The translations under genes and the position numbers were made by a program. Positions 1 to 8,900 of a stretch of 64,000 nt of DNA are shown piece after piece (position 1 is the first letter of the stretch; each line of letters opens with the position of its first letter). The notes under the pieces are model-generated. The model ran no database searches and had not been told where the DNA came from. It worked only from the letters and a program-made list of their open reading frames with translations. Source of the DNA: Pseudomonadota bacterium. GTDB lineage: Bacteria; Bdellovibrionota_B; Oligoflexia; Oligoflexales; CAIMVM01. The DNA lies in contig JBAXBA010000005.1 in NCBI GenBank assembly GCA_037142195.1, positions 430 through 64,429 on the forward strand, written 5' to 3'.

Positions 1-122
1 CTAAAACAGAAGTCATGTCGATCATTCAGAAAGCGGAGGCCCTGGACATACGGACACCAGAAGTCGAAGCCACAGTCGCCGACAAGTCAGTTGATTCGTC
101 TAAGCCTCGCAGCGCGTCCTAG
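1..122 (+). CDS. 3' end of an unidentified CDS truncated by the window edge
   Basis: Open frame from position 3 (KTEVMSIIQKAEALDIRTPEVEATVADKSVDSSKPRSAS) ending in TAG at 120-122, 2 nt before the next ATG, which suggests operonic coupling. Confidence 0.55.
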   Translation, partial: KTEVMSIIQKAEALDIRTPEVEATVADKSVDSSKPRSAS

Positions 123-124
123 AG

Positions 125-781
125 ATGAGTAATCTTATTATGTCTAACTCCCAGCTAAAAAACCCTATAGCACAAAAGTTCATGCTTTATTTGCGCTTTT
201 TAAGCACTGCCCTTCTTTTTTTTGGAACTTGGGGACCACGGGCGCATGGAGATACGATCGATGGAAAATTGGGACTAGAGCAAACGCAAGTTATTAGCAC
301 CGTTTATTTAGGTAAAGTCCTCACCACCCCCGAAGCAAGCCTCACCTACGGAAAAGAATTCGTCGATCGATGGACTCTATTTGCGGAGTATCAAACGAAT
401 TCAAAAAATACGCTTTCCGCTGGTGTTTTTGGAATTTCCTATGATTCAGAGGATCTCAGAGCCAAAGGCGGAGCCATTTATAATGATGGAAGTGCAGAAA
501 TCGTCAAAGCACCTATTTGGGTATTTAGAACGTCATTTGGCATCGGTCTATTTAAATACGTGGACATACTTAAAAGCAGCAATCCTGCATTGGGAAAACT
601 CAACAATGTCCCTGTTCAAGCGGACATGTACGGTCTAAAGTTCAGTGCTACAGGGCTCTATTTTTTAAACCCCAATTATGCCATTTCAGGATCTTTTTCT
701 TATTCTGTTGCGAGTGCTTCCAGTTTTGGAATTTCTTCTTCCGCAGCATCCTTGGGTCTATTGTATGTTTCTTTACATTAA
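125..781 (+). CDS. Exported protein, probable small outer-membrane beta-barrel
   Basis: 218 aa. Signal-peptide-like segment ending AHG-D; amphipathic strands rich in G/F/Y (FRTSFGIGLFKY, GLKFSATGLYF, ISGSFSYSV, SLGLLY). Confidence 0.6.
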   Translation: MSNLIMSNSQLKNPIAQKFMLYLRFLSTALLFFGTWGPRAHGDTIDGKLGLEQTQVISTVYLGKVLTTPEASLTYGKEFVDRWTLFAEYQTNSKNTLSAGVFGISYDSEDLRAKGGAIYNDGSAEIVKAPIWVFRTSFGIGLFKYVDILKSSNPALGKLNNVPVQADMYGLKFSATGLYFLNPNYAISGSFSYSVASASSFGISSSAASLGLLYVSLH

Positions 782-1437
782 TTGCTGCAATTTTTGACCT
801 ATTGCTTGGCATTCCTTTTCTTGCAAATTACGCGTTACTTGAATTCGCCGTTCTAGAAAATCAAATAAAAATTCACGAAGCTGTGGTTTAACAGTCTTTA
901 TCAAAAAAAATTCAGATATAAAGTTACACGCTTCATGAAGTCTTTGTCGAACCATAGAAGTAAGCTCAAATCATTTTTTAAAAAAGTATATCTAAGACAT
1001 ACCGTTTGATGTCGATTATCCATGTAACTTATTAATAGATCCTCTTTCAGTTTGTGATTAGCGACCATTTCCATCAAGCGCCAAGCAAAAAATACTGAAT
1101 CGCGCTCTCACTCTCTTTATGAAGTGTGGGTTCGGAAAATCGGTTTTTTGCGCAAAATATCTTGTTGCTCTCTGATGGCAATTAAGAATATTCTGCGTCA
1201 AACCCGGAAGATTTTGCCCGTCACGAGCGACTTTGCTTGACGCCCCATTCAAAAGTTTTGGCTACTCTCCTTCTATTGACGCGCGTTTTTCTCGCACTTA
1301 GTCAGACACCATGCCCCAAAAATATCGACATCAGATACGTAAGACTTTGGGCCAAGATTCTTTTGAGATACAATAAAAGGTGTCGCTTCTGCGCATCATG
1401 TGGGAGTGCCTTAACCTGCCTAGTACAAGGACACTGA

Positions 1438-2946
1438 GTGAGAGAGTCTCCTTACCATATTCTGATTTTTTCTTTTTGTCTTGGTTTTGCAACCAGCGCA
1501 CTGGCCCAGCGTTTGGTGATTGAGTCCCCATCGCAAGGCCCAGTGACCAAAGTTATTTACGGGAAGATCACTGAAAAATCGATTTTTATATTCGAAAATG
1601 AATTTCCACTCATCCGCGATGAGGCAGCCAGTAAGACGGTCAATGCCCCTATTGAGTACGAAGCTAACCAAGCTGCAAAGGCAACCTCCAGGGAGCCCAC
1701 AGCAACGCAAGGCTCTCGTCGCACGGTGTTGACTTCTTTTGTCATACCACAGGACGAGGTGGTCCGGTGTATGAACAGTCCACGATTCATGGGATTCAAA
1801 AGTCTGGTGGTTGCTCTCAAAGAGAAAATTAACAGTGTGGTTATTAACAGGGGCAGCGACAGTGGCTCATGCCCCGATAAAATAGCTGCTACCCTTTCTA
1901 AAACATTGCCGGACCTCAACATTGCCGTTGAAAGTTCCGGTGACGATGGCATCAAAATCTATCTTGGTGCTGTATCGGTCGGCAACTTGACTAAACCAGC
2001 AGCCCTCGCCGCATCGGCAGATACAGGCGAAGCTCCGCTCTTGCGTTCTTTAGCTGATGTTGTCAAATGGGCACACATAACCGTAGGAGAGCAAAATATT
2101 ATTCCTGAGGCCAATGGTTGGTTTGTGATTGAAGTGGCCAAGCAAATGGAATACCAAGTAGAGATGGTCGTGCCTGGCTATAAGCCTTTGACATCAAAGG
2201 TTTATGCATTGCTTGTTAGTGCCGACGTATCGCAGGTCACGAAAGGTCAAGGTTACTCCACAAGGTCAGCCGAGTTTAACAAACCCGCACTTGCCATCAA
2301 GGTAACTGAGACCCCGTACCTCGCCAAGAAAACCATTATAGATGGTGGTCTTGGTGGAGGTTATGGATTTGGGCGGGAGGTCCCCGGTGAAAAGAAAGGA
2401 CAGAGAACCGTCGCCCTATTCGGGCTTGAGCGACGTGAATGGTATGACGCTTTTGGTTGCCGCGCAGGGTTATTTTATTCGCGCGCCCCTGCCACAGTAG
2501 TTCCATCGACATACACAGTCAGAACCTCTGGCTTTTATGATGGCTCCATGCTGGAAGATGAACTCTTCTTCCGCGTTGGTGCGGGTTTTGAATGGTTTCA
2601 TGCAAAATTAACTGAGCCCAAAGAAAAGGTGATCACGGAGTCCGACTTGCCCACAGCGAATATACCGCAGCAGGTCCTATCACCCATGTTTACGCTTTCC
2701 ATGCATACGATTCTCTTTGATCGTTTGATCGTCTCACCAAGCTTGGTCGTGACGCCGCTTTACATCGCCTCGATTGGCTTCTACACATCCAAAAGCCCAG
2801 GGCTTGAGGTGAGCGCTAAAGTTTTTAAGAACTGGATCCTAGCCCTACAAGTTGGCACCGAGGTGCACCGCTACCCGAGTCAGCTCGGAGAGACACGCCT
2901 TCTGCTTGATTATGGTCTTTTGACCTTGAAGCGTGGCGTGTTTTAA
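1438..2946 (+). CDS. Exported protein with periplasmic N-terminal region (PEGA-like motif) and probable C-terminal outer-membrane beta-barrel
   Basis: 502 aa, GTG start, signal peptide ending ALA-Q. YQVEMVVPGYKP resembles PEGA. The last ~200 aa are alternating beta strands (GGLGGGYGFG, FFRVGAGFEWF, WILALQVG) ending in a terminal Phe (LLTLKRGVF), as in BAM substrates. Confidence 0.6.
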   Translation: MRESPYHILIFSFCLGFATSALAQRLVIESPSQGPVTKVIYGKITEKSIFIFENEFPLIRDEAASKTVNAPIEYEANQAAKATSREPTATQGSRRTVLTSFVIPQDEVVRCMNSPRFMGFKSLVVALKEKINSVVINRGSDSGSCPDKIAATLSKTLPDLNIAVESSGDDGIKIYLGAVSVGNLTKPAALAASADTGEAPLLRSLADVVKWAHITVGEQNIIPEANGWFVIEVAKQMEYQVEMVVPGYKPLTSKVYALLVSADVSQVTKGQGYSTRSAEFNKPALAIKVTETPYLAKKTIIDGGLGGGYGFGREVPGEKKGQRTVALFGLERREWYDAFGCRAGLFYSRAPATVVPSTYTVRTSGFYDGSMLEDELFFRVGAGFEWFHAKLTEPKEKVITESDLPTANIPQQVLSPMFTLSMHTILFDRLIVSPSLVVTPLYIASIGFYTSKSPGLEVSAKVFKNWILALQVGTEVHRYPSQLGETRLLLDYGLLTLKRGVF

Positions 2947-2959
2947 GACGGGAACCATC

Positions 2960-5900
2960 TTACTGCGAGAGATTGAGGATTCTCGAGATCGTCCTAAAAA
3001 TCAGGCGATCGGTTTTGAAGGAGGCAAATATTTCAGGAATATTGTCATTGTTGATATCAACTACCGAGATGCTGGTTGGGTCTGCCCCTTCCCCGCCCCA
3101 TAGGGCTGGTTTACATACCCCCGCTGCGCTGCTCGTACAAGTATAGAATGACTGCCCCACATTTCCTGTCAAAGTTTGCCGGGTCATCGACACAACGACA
3201 TCACCGTAACCGTCCGCATTGACATCGCCAACATCAAGGTCTCCCACGTATCCATTTAAAGCGATATAGCTACCAACGGTGCCTACGGACAAAGAGAACG
3301 CACCTGTGCTCGCATTGGTCACCGTTAAAGTAACGTTGTTTAAAATCCTCATGGAGTTGTTTAAATCAAGTCCGCCAATGGCCACATCCATGCCGGTTGC
3401 TGTCGATGTCGTTAGACGGGCAAACTTCATCGCAGTTCCGTTAGCTCCACCAGATTGGTTGATGGTGCTTCCGGTCTGGAGCACCCAGTTAGCGTCAGCA
3501 TTACGCCGGCTAATCCAAACAGCTTGAGTGGTGTAGCACAGAGTTGCCAGCTCCGGACGGCCATCCTGGTCGATATCAATGGCTTGAATCGAGCGCGGAT
3601 CGGTACACCCATTGAGAATATTATCAATGCGTTCCGCAGAAACAAAAGATCCGTCACCGTTTCCTTTCAGCCATGCTGCCACTGGTGAGAGCCCTGAGGT
3701 TGAGTTAATACCGACGATAACCACATCGGCAATACCATCCTGGTCCAGGTCCGCAATTGCCACTGCTTTAGGTTTAATGTCCTGACCAACTCCCAGCTCA
3801 TAAAGTGCCGGTGTTGCAAAATCACCATTGCTGCCACCAAGCGTAATAGCCACCCCACGGCTGGAATACCCGACGACCACTAGATCTGGTATCCCGTCGT
3901 TATTCAAGTCACCAACATCCATAATATTTTGGTTTGGATAGGTGTTGGGATACCCTTGCTGAACCCCCATGGAATTAAAGTAAGGATCTGGGAAGCATCC
4001 GCTTGCATCGGCTGGACAGCCACCCATGCTAGGGTTGGATAAATAGGCTGGGGATGGATTGGTGGCAATACTTAAGGTTGTTGCCCCCGAACTATTCGAC
4101 ACATAAGAGCCCACAAATGACTGGCTAGGAGAAAATGCAAACATATCCATAACGTTGTCGCCATTGGCATCACCAAACTTGGTGGCACCGATATCTGCGG
4201 GCATGAGGAACGACGTTGGAAACGCATCCAACATGGCGGCGCCCTTGAGCGGATCCAAAGAGCTCGAACCATTTCGCGCATAGACAATAAAATAAGGGTT
4301 CCCTGTGTAGTGATCATGTCCGGTGAATACAATATCGCGTCGCGTAGGTACGACAGGAATGGTCAGCGTCACACCGTTTGCTGCGCTTGATCCCAGAGCA
4401 TTTTGATTGATGGTGATGGTGGATGCGCCTGTGTTAACTGCCGTTACGTAAGCATAGTTGGCAATGTTGGTTCCGGATACTGATTGTCCAACTGCAATAT
4501 TGGTTGTCGACGATACGGTCATCGTCGGGCTGCCTGCGACGGTCGTAGCAGTCGGATAGACAAAAGACGTTGAAACTAATGGAACCTGCATCAACTCTTG
4601 GTTGGCACCCGCAGGCGCTGGGTAATCGATTCTAAGCGATGGTGTGCTGGCTTCAAACGGCGTTGTGCACGTTGCTGCAGAGCATTGATTAGGAAGCACG
4701 GCAAGACAGCTTTGCTGATATTGGTAACCGCCACCGTTGATCGCAGGCATCCAATACTCGCGACCACAGGTGGCCACAAGGGCTGGATAGGAACAGCTGC
4801 TTGATCCATCGATGCAGTAGGGAATCAGCTTTGCTGCTGCAGTCGTTGTCGTACCTCGACTCTGAAGCTGAGCCGTGGAGGCAGTGCCGCCCACAAACCC
4901 ATTGCCACTTGTCGGTGTTATGTAGACTCTAATATTTGCAGAGTTTGTGTTGGCTGTGCCCATGGCAAATGCCGCATCCGAGTATCCATCATTATTAAAG
5001 TCTGATACTGCGAGACCGCCTGGCCAAGTTTGTCCCACAAGGAGTTCATCTTGGTTGTTGCTTGATGCCGTTGAATGAATTTGGAAATCTCCTAGGCATT
5101 GGCCGCCACTATAAGTTTGTCTTGCTAGATAGCCGAAGGCCGAGTTTGATCCGCCTTGATCCATGCCTAAAATGACAATCCCTGGACAAGTGTCACTGGA
5201 GTTTGCTGCGCCGAGAGTCGGTTTAGCCGCTTTAAACCAGCCAACGCCCATATTGGTTACATCTCTCATCGCACGGCTTCCCGATGAGTAAAGTATGGGG
5301 CGTGCTGCCGCGGGGCCATAAAATTGTAGGCTGCTGGAGCCGGTGACACCTGGTGAGACGAAATTATAATTCATCGTGATGGTGTAGTTACCTGCGCTGC
5401 CCGTGATGCTTGCGACGGTTGTGCCAGCTTGAATGCCAGTTCCAGAAACTTGCTGCCCGGCAAAGATCTGAGGGGAGCCAAGTGATGCCACTCCTAGAAT
5501 CGTGTTGGTATTGACTGTCACATTGCCTGTTATCGTCGTGACCGCCTGCTGGGTAATCGAAACAGCGGTTGTCGTCGCGGTAGCGTTAGCGGAAAGCGTC
5601 AGCGTATAGGGGCCGGAGCCAGAAATACCCGTGATCGTTGTGTTTACAGGTATGCCAACGCCATAAATAACAGCCCCCACCCAAAGTCCTGTGACGGACG
5701 GAACACTCGTCATGGAGCTGCCACCAGATGTGATGTTTCCTGTGGTCGTGACATAGCCCTTAAAAATCGCGGCTCGCTGACTGGCGCTGCTGCAGTTGCC
5801 GTTAACGGCACATGTATTCAACATCGCGTAGATCATGGAGTCTGCAGTCGACGTGCCTGAAACAATCAAATCTTGGCGGCCATTGTTCACGCTATCCGGT

Positions 5901-8900
5901 CTTAGGTCACTGCGAACCTGCAGGTAGTAGGGATAGTTGGCAGCGTTGGCGCCGTTAGGCATCGGAAAGCAGGTTGACGAATTTGTAGAGAATCCGTTTG
6001 GCATACCAAACGTATCCACAGTGCCGCTATTCCACAGAACACAAACCTGCTTGCTAACCCTGTCAACGAAAACAATATCTAGCTTGGCATCCTGGTCGAT
6101 ATCAGCAATCCGCACATAGTTGATGTCGCTTGCAATCGATAAGGGAACATTTATCGAGGTGACGTTAGCACCAGCGAGAGGGATACGACCTTCGGCGTCG
6201 ATTTTCACAATTTGAAGGGATCTAGGTGCCGTATCAGCACGTGAGTGCACAACAAATTGCTGCGAGTTGCCGGTAATAGGGGCAATATCATAGGCCTGAG
6301 GATAGCATTGGGATTGACCCGTGCAGGGATCAGACCAACGGGCGGTTTTAAGATCAAGTCTCTTGCCAACGCTATTGACCTTTAGGGGCATATTTTTTGA
6401 TGCCACGAATCCATGTTGGTCCGTGAGTGACACAGCTAGAGTATAAGTCCCAGCTGCGTTGGGGGTTCCATAAATGCGACCTGTGGAATTGCTATAGTTT
6501 AGTCCAATGCCTGACAATGTTGTAGCTGCAGGAGATGTCACGGATACAGAATAAGTAAGTCTGGTCGCGGTGGAGCTCCCGTTAAACTGATTCACCCCGC
6601 CTGTTCGCCTGATGTCATACGCGTAGGGTGTGCCGACGACGGCCATTGGCAAGGATGAGTCTGTGAGTTTTGGCGGAATCGTGACATAAAGTGTATAAGC
6701 CGCAGCAGCTGTCTGATTGCCCAAAGAGTCCGTAGCGATGACACTAAAACTGTAGGTGCCACCATTGACAGCGGTATTGTAGGCCGGAGTCCCCTGGATT
6801 TTTCCGGCTGATGTGAGCGTCATGCCACTGGGTAAGCTGCCACTTGAAAGCGCGTAGGTGTATGGGGAATATCCGCCATTTGCATTAAGTTGCACTCCAG
6901 AACCATTGTTGTAAGCAACACCAGTCGCCGCTCTGGCAATGGTTGACGAAGCTAAGGTCAAGAGATTTCGAACCGAGACTGTGAATGCCCTCGTGGTTGA
7001 AAGAGCTGATGGGGTGCTGCTGTCAGTCACGGTTATATACGCAGAGTAGTCTCCGGAAGTCGAGTTAGTGAATCCTGCCAACGCACCCGTCGTTGGGTGG
7101 ATCGTCACACCGTTTGGTAATCCCGTGGCGGCATAAGTGTAGGGCGTTGTTCCACCTGAGACATTAATTTGGGCGGCATAATTCACACCGATCGCCACCA
7201 TCGGCAGGGAAGTGTTTAAAATCAAAACGCCATTCACCGTATCAATACATTTTACAGAAGCTCCCGATATTTGTGAGAGGCTGTCTGTCACGCGCACGGT
7301 GAATGAACCAGTGGGGCAAGTATTTGCGACGGAGGCAATGCCGCTCATCAAACCAGAAGTTGCTAAGCTTAGGCCAGCAGGCGCAGATCCTGCAGTGACG
7401 GCAAATGAGTAAGGCCCACGACCACCGCTAGCAGTTAATGTATAGCTGTAGGCAGACCCCAATACAGCGGCTGTTGGTGTCGCGCTTGTGACACTTGGCA
7501 CACTCACAATAGTGGTTAGGATCAGTGGAACGGTAGCACTGACATTGTTATTCGAATCCCTCGCCCGAACATAGATAGTGTAATTGGTTCCCGGAGACAT
7601 GGCTCCTGAATTCGTGGCCGCTGTTCCGAAGAATGCACCTGAGCTAGTGAGACCAATGCCAGACGGCAAGCTGCCTGTATATTGAAAGGTGTAGGGTCCG
7701 GATCCGCCAGTAGCCGTTAGACTGGTGGAGCTATTGGAATAAGCTGAACCTTCTGTGGCATTGGCAAGACTGCTATTGGTAATATTCACGGTAAAATTGT
7801 CCGTCGTTAAAGCGTAGGCGGTCGACGTTTGCACGTTGTTAGCATCGACGCTCTTGATCGTAAAGTTACGGGTGAGCCCCGCCTCGGATTCAGCAACTGT
7901 CCCGGATATTACGCCAGTTGATGCGTTCAGCGCCAAGCCCGATGGGAGTGTTCCAGACGTAAGACTATAAATATAAGGCGCCTGACCACCAGTGGTGGAA
8001 ATAAATCCATTGTAGTTTGCAGACGGAATGGCAGTGGGGAGTGTTGACGGTGAGATGGCTGTTGTGTAGCTTCCCACGAATCCTGGATAGCTTCCGCTAG
8101 TGGTCAAATTGGTGGTATCTGTGACCTGAACCGTGAAGAGATAGGCAGAGCCCTTTGTGCTGTATGCTGGCGTGCCCGAAATCACGCCTGAGGACGTCGA
8201 TAGTGACAATCCGCTAGGTAGACTTCCGTTTGAGATCGAATAGGCATAAGGCGGTGTTCCGCCTGACACGCTAATGGCTGCAACGTAGGGAGATCCCGCG
8301 CTCGGAGCAGGTATCGTCTGCGAGGCAATGGAAAGGCTAGCGGCAGTGCTTGATGCAACGGTTGCCGTATAGGTTTTATTGGCAGTTTGGTTGCTGGCGT
8401 CGGTCGTCGTGACTGTGAACGCAAAGGATTGCCCCGCAGTCGTGACGGATGGCGTTCCCGATAGGGTTCCGGAGCTCGGATTGAGGCTTACACCTGTGGG
8501 CAGAGAGCCTGAAGAAATCGTAAATGTGTAAGGCGACGAGCCTCCTGTCACGACGATCGGATAGGAGTAGGAAATCCCAGCAATAAATTGCGACAAGGAT
8601 GTTGAATTTATCGTGAGCAAAGATGTACCGGCATTTATGGTCCCTGTGAAGGATTTGACATCAAACGCACTGGATGCATCAGTTACGGTAATTGAAAAAC
8701 CGTAGCTCGCATTAGCGGAACTGACCGGGATGGTGCCCGTAATCGCTCCTGTGCTTGCGTTCAGTGCCAAGCCTGTTGGTAACGTACCACTGGTGAGAGC
8801 AAACGTTAGCGGAGTAATGCCACCTGCAGTCGATATGCCTGTGGAGACTGGACCCACGCCAAGACCTGGAATAGTTGTGGATACTACCTTTACGCTGCCC

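Noticed and set aside
782-1437. Short ORFs in long intergenic gaps (also 30450-31200, 42400-43350, 55760-56430)
   Set aside because: No recognisable motifs or clear RBS. They may be decayed DNA, but I could not link them to any family.
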